Shown: piece by piece, positions 1-9,727 of the stretch
Layout of the letters: every line of letters starts with the position of its first letter
Position numbering within the stretch: position 1 is the first letter of the stretch
Assembly (NCBI GenBank): GCA_965242965.1
Contig: OZ251518.1
Location: 5,536,001 to 5,600,000, forward strand
Direction: 5' to 3'
DNA: 64,000 bases
Origin: Candidatus Poribacteria bacterium
Lineage (GTDB): Bacteria; Poribacteria; WGA-4E; WGA-3G
Translations under genes and position numbers: made by a program
Notes under the pieces: model-generated
Database searches by the model: none
What the model was told of the DNA's origin: nothing
Seen by the model: the letters and a program-made list of their open reading frames with translations, nothing else

Positions 1-1
1 T

Positions 2-460
2 CCGGATGCCACGATGGAGGAGATTATCACAGCGGCGAAAGCGGCAAACGCGCACGAATTCATCGTCAAATTCCCCGATGGCTATGATACTGAAGTCGGG
101 GAACGCGGGGGCAGTCTCTCCGGCGGCGAGCGACAGCGTATCTCGATTGCGCGGGCCATTCTGCACAACCCGCGCATCCTGATTCTTGACGAAGCCACGT
201 CATCGGTGGATGTTGAAACCGAGAAAAAAATTCAACAGGCAATTGACAGACTTGTGAAAAACCGCACCACCTTCGCGATTGCGCACCGTCTCTCCACCCT
301 CCGAAATGCCGACAGGCTTTTCGTGATTGAGAAAGGACGCGGCGTGGAGTGCGGCTCTCACGAAGAACTGATGGAACAGAAGGGTATTTACTACAAACTG
401 GTTGAGACGCAGCGGGAAGCGGCGAATGTGCGCGCAGCGGCGCAGGCAGTAGAAAGGTAG
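2..460 (+). CDS. ABC transporter ATP-binding/permease, C-terminal NBD (5'-partial)
   Basis: LSGGERQR signature, ILILDEATS Walker B, IAHRLST H-loop; frame is open to the window edge. Confidence 0.93.
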   Translation, partial: PDATMEEIITAAKAANAHEFIVKFPDGYDTEVGERGGSLSGGERQRISIARAILHNPRILILDEATSSVDVETEKKIQQAIDRLVKNRTTFAIAHRLSTLRNADRLFVIEKGRGVECGSHEELMEQKGIYYKLVETQREAANVRAAAQAVER

Positions 461-508
461 AACCTCAAAACGGGCGGATGGAAACGACATCCAGCCTACC
501 GAATAATT

Positions 509-1060
509 ATGGAAAACTCAGACAAAATTGTCCCTGTAGAAACAGCGCAGGAATCGCCTGCCGCCGATGACTTCACACCGCGTTATTTAGACGCGTCGAA
601 GTTGAGATTGACACGCTCACCGGTAGGCACGCCGCGCCTTGAGATTCAGGGAGAGGTGTGTCACTTACGCGTCATCGTGCGTCGGTTGGTGCCGCTCAGC
701 AATCCGGAACAGTATATTTCATTCTCCGCCGATGAGGATACCGAGCTCGGCATTCTCGTTGAGCCTACGCAATTGGATTCGGAAAGTCTGCGGATTCTCA
801 ATGAAGAGTTGCATCGCCGCTACTTCACCCCGGTCATCGAGAAAATTTATCGGGTGAAAGAGCAGTTCGGCATTCATGAGTGGGAGGTGAAGACGGCCCG
901 CGGGCGCGTGACGTTTTCGGTGCGCGGGTTGAACCAGAACGTCAAACAGGTGCCGCCCGCGCGGCTTTTCGTTACGGATGTTCGCGGCAACCGTTACGAT
1001 ATTCCCGATTATCGGAAGTTGGATGCCCAGAGTTTCCAACACATCCAGCGGCACCTCTAA
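509..1060 (+). CDS. DUF1854-like protein
   Basis: Motifs PLSNPEQYIS, RRYFTPVI, W.V.T.RG, DVRGNRY; typical partner downstream of such ABC exporters. Confidence 0.7.
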   Translation: MENSDKIVPVETAQESPAADDFTPRYLDASKLRLTRSPVGTPRLEIQGEVCHLRVIVRRLVPLSNPEQYISFSADEDTELGILVEPTQLDSESLRILNEELHRRYFTPVIEKIYRVKEQFGIHEWEVKTARGRVTFSVRGLNQNVKQVPPARLFVTDVRGNRYDIPDYRKLDAQSFQHIQRHL

Positions 1061-1085
1061 TCCGGAGCCTCTCACGGGCACCGAG

Positions 1086-1252
1086 CGATCGCGGGGGACA
1101 GGCCCCCGCGCTACGGTGAATAGAGCCCTGCCGCGTTACCGTAGGGCGAGGGCCTGTCCCTCGCCATGCTGCGATCGCGGGGGACAGGCCCCCGCGCTAC
1201 GATGAACAGAGCTCTTCCCTGTTATCGTAGGGCGAGGGCCTGTCCCTCGCCG
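1086..1252. repeat. REP cluster, family A inverted doublets
   Basis: GCGGGGGACAGGCCCCCGCGCTACG and CGTAGGGCGAGGGCCTGTCCCTCGCC alternate twice. Confidence 0.9.
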
Positions 1253-1287
1253 TGCCAAACTTTCTGCAGAAACGTAGCCATCAACTT

Positions 1288-2610
1288 ATGAAACAGAAAC
1301 GTTACCGAGCCGTGCTCGCCTCAATCGGAATGCATCTCCTCTTCGCTTTCATCGCCGCCCTGATGTTATCCGGGCAACGGGAGGTAAATGAAGATGCGTT
1401 TGACGTGGAGTTTGTCAACGTTACCCGCGCACGGGCGAATGTGGATATCCGTCCCACACACCGAATGCACCTCTCTCCCACGCCACCTGTAGGAGCACCC
1501 TCCCGGTCTCGGCTTGCGCCTACGGCTATGTCTCACCTGCCGCCGAGTCAAACGCGGGCGCAGTCTCCGAGGCAGGAATTCAGCACGGATGCGCTGAAGC
1601 CTGCCGACGTGTCGATTTCCACTGATAGGACAGAACCCTCGGCTCCCGTTGCCGGGGCGGCTGCCCCGTCGTCTATCGGTGCGACACCACCGGGGAATGC
1701 GCCGCCGATAGAGAAAAGTTCTTCCACGGTCGCGCGCGTCACCGGGAAAACAACCTCAAATCTCACGGCGTTTCTTGATGGCGACTTGCCTTCGCGAAGT
1801 CTGGGGCACGGGTTCGATACTGCCACCTTTCCGGTGAAAGTTCCGGAGGGACAACTCGGTGGGATTCTGGAGGGAAAGGGGAAAGAGCTCCGCGGGTATA
1901 TTCGGCTGATTCGGCTGAAACATTCGCTTTCGGATTGGTGGCAAGATCCGACTGCAATTCCCTCGTTGACGAAGTGGTTGGCAGAGAATACGCCTATCCG
2001 AGCGGATATGACTTTTGAAGGTGGTGCCTTGCGCCTCACCGATGCGAAAATCATGGACGCGCCGCTCATTATCATGACAGGACATGACAAGGACATTACC
2101 GTCGGACGCGGGCTTGCGAAGGATGGTCCCTTAACTACTGGGTTTACGTCAACGGAGCGGGCGGCTCTCCGAAAATACATCCTTGAGAGAGGCGGGATGC
2201 TCTTTTTTGATGACTGCGGGTTTAACGGGTTGTTTGCACATATCGTCGCCGATGAGCTCAACCAGATTTTTCCGGAGTATCCGCTTGAAATCATCCCGCA
2301 CGAGCATGAACTCTATCGTATCCACTATCATTTGCCGAAACCGCCGACAGGCGGCGATGTCTTTTGGGGCAATGAAAACAATGCGCAGCCGACGCAGTTC
2401 CGTTATCAGAAGGGGATAATTATCGGCAAGCGGTTGGCGGTTGTCTATAACCGCAAGGACTATCTGTGTGCGATGGAAACGGCGGAGATTGAGAGTCGCA
2501 CGATGTTGCGTCTCCGTCGTTCGCCGGATGTTTATCGGTTCATGTCAAACCTTCTGATTTACGCGCTGAAATATGGTGGGAATACGGACCGGGCGCGCTA
2601 TTCGCCGTAA
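1288..2610 (+). CDS. DUF4159-domain protein with N-terminal membrane anchor and Pro/Ser/Ala linker
   Basis: TonB-like TM segment (SIGMHLLFA); C-terminal W.QDP, MTGH, LRKYILERGGMLFFDDC motifs; ATG 1288 chosen because the ORF-track start lies inside a REP. Confidence 0.7.
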   Translation: MKQKRYRAVLASIGMHLLFAFIAALMLSGQREVNEDAFDVEFVNVTRARANVDIRPTHRMHLSPTPPVGAPSRSRLAPTAMSHLPPSQTRAQSPRQEFSTDALKPADVSISTDRTEPSAPVAGAAAPSSIGATPPGNAPPIEKSSSTVARVTGKTTSNLTAFLDGDLPSRSLGHGFDTATFPVKVPEGQLGGILEGKGKELRGYIRLIRLKHSLSDWWQDPTAIPSLTKWLAENTPIRADMTFEGGALRLTDAKIMDAPLIIMTGHDKDITVGRGLAKDGPLTTGFTSTERAALRKYILERGGMLFFDDCGFNGLFAHIVADELNQIFPEYPLEIIPHEHELYRIHYHLPKPPTGGDVFWGNENNAQPTQFRYQKGIIIGKRLAVVYNRKDYLCAMETAEIESRTMLRLRRSPDVYRFMSNLLIYALKYGGNTDRARYSP

Positions 2611-2625
2611 AAATCCCCTCCCCTT

Positions 2626-2985
2626 TTATGCCACGTTTTCGACACGTTCGATTTCCGTTTGGATGGCAGATTCCCCCTCAGCGCACGATTCAATTGTGAG
2701 TTTGCATCCGAGTGCCTTGAAGAGGAGCGCGAGGAGATCTAGCGGCGGTGCATTGTTGCTATCCAGCAGACGCGCCAAGACTTCCGGCGGCCGCTGCATT
2801 TGCTGCGCCAATTTTGCCACGCCGCCTTGCGATGCTACAACGGTTTCAACCGCCTCTAAAAAGATGCCGGTATGCCCATAGCGTTGATAGCATTCCAAGG
2901 ATGCCTGTAGGTAACCGAGTGCTTCCTCGCGGTCTTCGGTAAATTCTTTGATGAGGTATTCTTGCCAGTCGCCCATTTGTCTCAT
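2626..2985 (-). CDS. Addiction-module antidote protein (HI1420/HigA-like HTH)
   Basis: EEALGYLQASLE...F.EAVETVVASQGGVAKLA...NAPPLDLLALLFKALGCKL; ATG 2985 overlaps the toxin-remnant stop (ATGA). Confidence 0.8.
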   Translation of the reverse strand: MRQMGDWQEYLIKEFTEDREEALGYLQASLECYQRYGHTGIFLEAVETVVASQGGVAKLAQQMQRPPEVLARLLDSNNAPPLDLLALLFKALGCKLTIESCAEGESAIQTEIERVENVA

Positions 2986-3062
2986 GAGTGTGTTTCCTTG
3001 TATTCTTGCCAATAGGTTTTTGCGCGTTGAATGTCGCGGTGCTGTCGTGATTTATCTCCACC
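2982..3062 (-). pseudogene. C-terminal remnant of addiction-module killer (HI1419/RelE-like toxin)
   Basis: Manual translation GGDKSRQHRDIQRAKTYWQEYKETHS*; the upstream frame has no toxin-like sequence. Confidence 0.75.
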
Positions 3063-3134
3063 GCGTACGGCCGCCGAAACGCCCCCGCATTCACAAAAAA
3101 ACGCACGCATTCACAAACAAAAAACGCACCCCTC

Positions 3135-3897
3135 ACCGTAGGGCGAGGGCCTGTCCCTCGCCATCGTTCATGCACCAGACCTCCTCCCCTTCTGTAGGTC
3201 AAGAGTGCCTGCTCTTGACCCGTTTCGGGAGCGGGTGCTCCCGAACTACAGATTGGGGGGGCGCGAATCGTCCGCGTAATCCAACGATCGCGGGGGACAG
3301 GCCCCCGCGCTACGGTTGTCAAGGCCGTCTCCCTTCATCGTAGGGCGAGGGCCTGTCCCTCGCCATCGTTCCCGCTATCAAAAAACGTCTCTTCAGGTCC
3401 TTTAGGTCCTTAATGTCTATAGCACGCGTTGACGTGAAGAGCTTTAAGGTCCTTTAGGTCCTTAATGTGTTTTGATTGCGTTGCGTGTTTTTTTATTAAG
3501 GACCTAAAGGACCTTGAAAACGTGCTGTCACGTTTTTCTATAGACATGTAGGTCCTAAAGGACCTAAGACGATGCGTAGGAAAAAACGGCATCCGGTATC
3601 GTAGGGCGAGGGCCTGTCCCTCGCCAGCGTTCATGCACCAGACCCCCGTCACCTCTGTAGGTCAGGAGTGCCTGCTCCTGACCATTTGTAATCAGGCGAT
3701 CACAAACTACAGAACTTGACGAACGAGCTCGCGAGGGACAGGCCCCCGCGCTACGATGAAAAAAACGTCTCTTAGGTCCTACGGACCTAATCGGCATTTT
3801 TCACCAACGCGACATATCGGAAATGCCAGCGAAATTCCAAAGAATGTTGAGTGCACAGATGCCTCTAATCTTGTAAATCTTGTAAATCCTGCTTCAG
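3135..3897. repeat. Composite REP cluster (families A, C, D, E)
   Basis: Family A palindromes, TGTAGGTCA(A/G)GAGTGCCTGCTC(T/C)TGACC, AGGTCCTTTAGGTCC element at about 3393-3566, AATCTTGTA 9-mers at about 3868-3893. Confidence 0.88.
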
Positions 3898-3923
3898 ACG
3901 AATAGGGGATAGGTTTGGCATGC

Positions 3924-6900
3924 TTATGATTCTTCCTCCACAACAGCAATTTCCTCCGAAGTCAGTTCGTAAAGCGTGTAGACATAATTATCAACCGCTT
4001 TTTCTAAATCCGCGGTATCTCCACCCGGGTCGGCTTTTTTGACAGACAAGATCGCATCAACGAGGTGCTCAATCTGCGCGACGATGGCGCGGTTGTCAGC
4101 AGTAATCGGTGGCACGTGGCTCTGCTCCACATACTGCTTTTTCCACTCAAACGCATAGCCGAGCGGAATCCCTAAATTCGTAAACTCCCAATTGAAGAGA
4201 CGCGAATTCATGCACCCCAAGAGGTACTTGATGTTATCTTCGGAAGAGGTTAGTAAATTCGCGGGCGCGCAAATGAATTCACCGGGCGCAGAATAACAGA
4301 AAGCACTGCTATAAGCGATATTCCCCCAAGCAATTTTCGCCTTCTCAAATTCCGCGTGGTAAGCGCAATTGCGAAGGTTATAGGGTGTGTTTCCCTTATC
4401 TTGACGCTTTTCCAGTTGTGGATAGAATGTCTCAAGATATGCCTTAACTGCACCGTAATCGTTCACGTCGATTGCTGGAACATCGCGGTACCCGTTGTGC
4501 GTATCAATCAGCCAGAGTTTCGCCCACTTCGCGTGATACCGATTAACATCTCTGCCTCGCAAAACGGGTTTAATAATTTCTGCCGACTTGGGCTCCGCCT
4601 TTATCAGGGTTTCCTTCGTATCGTCGTCAATGAGAAAAGCGGTGTTGTAACCGGTGATAATTCCCCGATAGATGGAAATGTCCCAGTCCTTAAGCGGCGT
4701 GCCGACTGCCTCAATTTTCGCTTGAATCTGTCGTTCAATGTCGGACAGGATGACCCATTGTGCGCCGGGCTCTGGCAGCGGGAAATGGACTCCGTTTTCC
4801 GCTGTGTATGCGGCGAGGGAGGTTGCGGTGTGTTTATATTTTTCGGTGACGGTGCAGGCGATGGAGTCCTCGCGAGGGACAGGCCCTCGCGCTACGGGGG
4901 AAGCGCGGGCTCTGCTGCAGAGGAGGATGTTGGTATCTACGGTGGCATCGAAGATGTCGGGCCCGAGGTCCAACAACTTTATCGGGTGGACATGCTCTAC
5001 GAAAAATTGACGCAACGCTTTTCCGTAGCCGGCGCGCATCCATTTGTTGCTGGTGATGTAGCAGAGATGCCCATCGTTGGCGAGCAATTTCACGCCGCGT
5101 TCGTAGAAAAGGCAGTAAATGTCGCCGGTGCGTGCGAAGGTTTCAAAGCCTGCGTCTTGGTAAAGCCTGCCGAGTGCGCCGCCGTTTTTCTGCAATTGGA
5201 CATACGGCGGATTACCAATGACAACATCAAATCCCTCTTGAATGCCGAACATTCGTTCCGGTGCAAACCACTCGGCAACAGCATGCGTATCATAGCGATC
5301 CCACGACGAGATCTTCTCGGCATCCTCGGCGGGCATGCCGACTTCGCGTAATTCCGACGCTAATGCCTCGCGCAACGCTTTGTCTTGCCGTTGACATGCT
5401 AGTTTTTGTGCGCGCGTCACGGCGTGAAAATGCCGTTCGCCGTTGAGAAGTATCTCGCGCTCAAGCTCTTGTGTCCTTGAACTCGTGAACGTCCGCTCGC
5501 CTGACAAGCCAAGCAGTGTATTCGCCGCGAGGAAGCGCGTCTCCAAATTCGGCAACGGCCGAATGCCGAAGTTCGCCGCGTCGGCATCTGGTTCTTGCTC
5601 AATCGCCAACGAGATGAAAAAGCGGAGTTTCGCAATCTGACACGCCACAGGTTGAATGTCCACGCCGTAGAGGCAATTCTGGATGAGATATAACTTCCGA
5701 CCGAAATCGGAATCGCGATAACGTTTGAACGTCTCATCAATTTCTAGGAGTTCTTCGGGGCGCGTTGCGTCATCGGTTGTATCAAAGGCGGCAGCGGCGC
5801 GCTGTTGGGCGCGTTCGCGTTGTAAACTTTCCCAGCGGCGGTTATCGGCATCGAGTCGCCGCAGCACGAGGGTGAGTTTATGCAACAAGCCCATCGGAAA
5901 CGCACCCGAGCCGACGGCAGGATCCAAGAGTTTGAGCCCGGAGATGGCGCGCACGAGGTTCTCTGTCTCGTCGGCATCGAACCATTCGCTGGCATCGTCA
6001 AATGCCTGCGCATAGTCCAGCAGGTAGCGGAGCCGTTCATCCCAGAACGTTGCATCGCCATCGGTTGGCGCGCATTTTTGTTTGAACACGGCGACGAGTG
6101 CCTCGTCTACCATGTAATCGACGATGTCGCGCGGGGTGTAGTAAGAACCGGTGGCTTTGCGCGCCGTCGATTGCGTTTCAGGATTGTAGGCACCAAGGAG
6201 GTTTTCAAACACCTTGCCGAGCAACTCGGGGTCCAACGCAACTTCCTGTTCTACCGGCGTGTTCTCCTCCACGGTGAATTTATAGTGAGAGAAGAGCGGG
6301 AAGAGACCCGAGGTTTCGTCAAAGAATAACTTCGCGGGAACGTGGAGTTTCCGCCGCGCGTTTTCGTCATCGGTGAAACAGTCGATGCGAGAGCCGCCGT
6401 CGCGCGTGCCCTCAAACGTATCCAAGCAGTCAAACAGCCCACCGTTGACAAACGGCACCTGTTTCAGGTATGCCAGAAACGCATCGGGAGTGCGGAGCAA
6501 GTCGGCATAGCGATACTTGTTGGGATTGCGATGCGCTTGGCGGTTACGCGTGCTGAAGGCCCGCGTGTCTATCGGCGTATTGAGCGTCGCGAAGAAGAGA
6601 TTCTGCAGTATCGCCTGATAATAGTCGGATGTCTCCAGCGAAAACTCTTTGAGATGCGTCGCTGCAGCGGCTTTGTCAAAGAGTGCCATCGGCACCAAAT
6701 TCTTCTCTTTCAGGAACCAGATAAAGAGTAGGCGGGTGATGAGACGGATAACCTGAAGTTGCGGCGCATCGTCGGGAAAACGGCATTCGGCGACGGCCCA
6801 CTGATACCATTCATACAACTCGCCGTAGAATTGGCGGTTGAGTGCCTCGGTGTTCAGAACGCCTTCCCACGCTTTGTGCAACGTGTCAAAATTGTGAACG

Positions 6901-7527
6901 CCTTGAGTTTGGACGAGGTTGTCCAGCGAGAGCTCCGCGAGGATGTCGAGATGCGCGCGGTGCGGTGCGCGCAGATTAATATCCTTAATGAGCGTGACTT
7001 TCTCCAGAATCTGCCTTGTGCCCCCCCCCTACAGCCGCAGGCGTTTCTGCCCGCCTATCCCATCGGCGATTGATAATCGCCAGCGTCAGGCAGTGCCCAT
7101 AATGGAACATTACCATGATGGGTTGCGGCATCTGTTTGTTGATAAAGCGCGTGATATTGACGAGTTGTGTGCGCGTGTAGGCATCCCCGGACAACTTGAG
7201 CGCGGCGAAGAGGTAGGACTGCATCAGTGCATCGTCAATCGCGTGACTCGCGAACACCGCTTGTTGCGCGTGCATCTCTTCATCGGTGACTTGGAAGAGG
7301 AGGTGAAAGGTATCCCAGTCGTCACTGCGCAGTTTCTCGGCGGTGCTTTGACGTTGCACGGCGGCGGCTAGCAGTCGGCGTTTGCGTTCGGCATCGATGC
7401 CGGGGTTGCCGACTCTTCGGCTGTGGTAGCCGAGGGTGTTGAGGAGGCGCGTGCCAGCAGCGCGAAGTGGTGATTCGGCGAAGGTAAGGAGCGGCTGTTT
7501 AATTTCTGATTTGAGTGCTTCTAACAT
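3924..7527 (-). pseudogene. Eco57I-like / Type IIG N6-adenine R-M protein with TaqI_C-like TRD, frameshifted at G9 (7021-7029)
   Basis: DPAVGSGAF (motif I), VIGNPPY (motif IV), GSYYTP; N-terminal ORF from ATG 7527 joins the 985-aa ORF if one G is removed (...VGGGTRQILEKVTLIKDI...). Confidence 0.85.
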
Positions 7528-7546
7528 GATGTTAACCTGATAGAAT

Positions 7547-8146
7547 TTATTGCCTGTCTCGCAATTGATGGAGGAGGCGCACGATGTCCCGATAGCATTT
7601 GTCAAACGAAGATGCTTGCCGCGCTTGTTTAAAGTCGAAGCGTGCAGTGAGTGCCGGCTGGTCTAACGTTTCCCTATACTTTTTGTTGCTCTCCATCTGC
7701 CGGGTCAGCCACTCCTTTGCTCCCCGGATTTCCTCAGGGTTATTTGGAGGTTGAAGATTGTTTTTTAACCCTCGTTGTCCGCTGAGTGACTCGGCTGCTG
7801 CAAGAAACCACGCTTCAAACTCGCATTTCGCGAGGACGACAGCGATTGGCAGATTGCTTTGCACTTTTAACGCTTGCTGAAGCAGTTCGGGACCTAGTTT
7901 CGCGGGACAGTCATCGTCGCTGTCAAGAATGATGAATATGCCGCCTTGCCTGCCAACTTTCCGAGATGCCGCGTCAATAGTTTCCTCAAGGTTTTCCACC
8001 TTGACAATCCTATTTCTGTTAACGCGGATCGGGTACGTGATAATAGGCAATTCGGGATAAAGGTCTGCTGCTACCCGCCGAATCAGAACGGGGACAGCTT
8101 CCACATCGCCTTGTCCTTCAACAATGCAACCGATTTTGACTGGCAC
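7547..8146 (-). CDS. DUF4276-family (TOPRIM-like) protein
   Basis: CIVEGQGD, ILDSDDDCP, EFEAWFLA, PEEIRGAKEWL, SSFDK motifs. Confidence 0.8.
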   Translation of the reverse strand: MPVKIGCIVEGQGDVEAVPVLIRRVAADLYPELPIITYPIRVNRNRIVKVENLEETIDAASRKVGRQGGIFIILDSDDDCPAKLGPELLQQALKVQSNLPIAVVLAKCEFEAWFLAAAESLSGQRGLKNNLQPPNNPEEIRGAKEWLTRQMESNKKYRETLDQPALTARFDFKQARQASSFDKCYRDIVRLLHQLRDRQ

Positions 8147-8162
8147 CTGGGTATTTCCTTAT

Positions 8163-9356
8163 TCATTTGTATTGAAACAAACGGAGTTGTCTGACCTTTT
8201 CGACAGGAAAGACATGTGCTGGGTCCGGTGGCAATTGCATCATGCTCAGGAGTTGCCCTATTGTAAACAGCCGGTCTTTCAAGACAGATCTGGTTACCTC
8301 ATCCACAGGGCCGATTGATGTGATTCCCTCAGAGGCTTCAACCGCGAGGAACGATTCCGCCTTCAAGTCTTTGTTATTAAGGAGTTCCGGACTGTGGCTG
8401 GTGATGAGCACCTGAGTCGTGTTGGCGGCTTGCCGAAGACTATCAAGTAGCACGCCTGTTGCTAGTGGATGCAGCGCGATTTCCGGCTCTTCAATCCCGA
8501 TGAGCGGCACGGGTTTTTGCGCGTCGTGATTTTCCTGAAGCAGGGCCACGAGAGTGCCCAATATGTGGAGTGTTCCATCGGACATATTGTTCGCGAGAAA
8601 CCGCCACGGGTGCTTTGCCCCTGCAGTGTCTTGCCGGAAGGCTAGCGTTTCCTTCGCTCCGATTTTCTTGACTTCTACGCCGCGCACGCCGCGGACAACG
8701 AGTGCCAGATATTCCTCAACGTTTTGTTTCACAGAGAGCGGCAGTTGACGGAGGACACTCGTTAGGTTGCTCCCGTCGTTCTTCAGGATGTCGCCAAGGT
8801 CAGGTGTTTGGAGCTCTCGGATTTTATCTAGGTTGAGATTGTAAAATCCCATCCGAGAAAGAGCATCGTAGACTTTGCGAAATTCGGGGAGGCCAGACGC
8901 GTTGACTAAGTAGAGCCGGTCGGTGGCAGCTGCAGGTGCCACCTGCATGCTCGTTTTGGTTACCGTGCCTTTATCAACTCGGAAGTATTCCTCCTGAACC
9001 CTGCATTCTTCCGTTTGAACCGCATATCCGCCACGTGGCCGGCAACCGATGCGAAAGGCATAATGTCCGGTAATCCCTTCAGGCAAAGTGAATTCTAACC
9101 GAATGCTGAAGTGGTTCGGATGCCCGCGAGAACGACGACGAACATCGTTGATGCCGCCACGAGAACGTAAGGCGTGGTCCAACGATGAATGCAAAGAATC
9201 GGCGACAAAGCGCAGCGCATCCAGAAAGTTGCTCTTGCCCGCGCCGTTGGGACCCACGAGGAACATCAAGGGGCCCAGTCGCACATCGCACGTTGCGATG
9301 CTCTTATAGTTTTTGAGGATAACTCTGGTGATAAAGGTTGAGTCTTTGATGGCCAT
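8163..9356 (-). CDS. AAA_21/ABC-type ATPase (RecF/SMC-like)
   Basis: GPNGAGKSN Walker A, MSDGT signature, IEEPE Walker B, TSHSP; ATG 9356 chosen because the upstream extension is repeat family E. Confidence 0.9.
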   Translation of the reverse strand: MAIKDSTFITRVILKNYKSIATCDVRLGPLMFLVGPNGAGKSNFLDALRFVADSLHSSLDHALRSRGGINDVRRRSRGHPNHFSIRLEFTLPEGITGHYAFRIGCRPRGGYAVQTEECRVQEEYFRVDKGTVTKTSMQVAPAAATDRLYLVNASGLPEFRKVYDALSRMGFYNLNLDKIRELQTPDLGDILKNDGSNLTSVLRQLPLSVKQNVEEYLALVVRGVRGVEVKKIGAKETLAFRQDTAGAKHPWRFLANNMSDGTLHILGTLVALLQENHDAQKPVPLIGIEEPEIALHPLATGVLLDSLRQAANTTQVLITSHSPELLNNKDLKAESFLAVEASEGITSIGPVDEVTRSVLKDRLFTIGQLLSMMQLPPDPAHVFPVEKVRQLRLFQYK

Positions 9357-9364
9357 GGCTGTAT

Positions 9365-9720
9365 TCTTGAGCAGGATTTCCAAGATTTCCAAGATTTCGC
9401 AGGATGATGTCTTCCGTAATAGGAGCAGGATTTCCAAGATGCTGCAAGATTTCACAGGATGGAGCAGGATTTCCAAGATTTCCAAGATTTCGCAGGATGC
9501 TGTTTTCCGTTTGATACCAGTCTTTTTTCCTTGGCGGCATTATTCGTAACGCTATTCTGCCGTTGCGGGAAACGTCTCTCGCACCAGACCTATAATCCTG
9601 GAAATCCTGCTCAATCTTGAAAATCCTGCTTCGTAACGCGATTCGGACTTTGCGAAGAACGTATCTCTCACAATGCCTATAATCCTGGAAATCCTGCTCA
9701 ATCTTGAAAATCCTGCTCGG
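9365..9720. repeat. Family E repeats (9-bp AATC(C/T)TG(G/A)A arrays ending CCTGCT), convergent sets
   Basis: GAGCAGGATTTCCAAGATTTCCAAGATT x3 and ATAATCCTGGAAATCCTGCTCAATCTTGAAAATCCTGCT x2. Confidence 0.85.
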
Positions 9721-9727
9721 CGACAGG

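Noticed and set aside
2846-3797. Short ORFs containing VARGPVPR / RRARACPSP / RGGQAPALR (also in most other REP clusters)
   Set aside because: They are translations of REP palindromes without RBS or independent protein features
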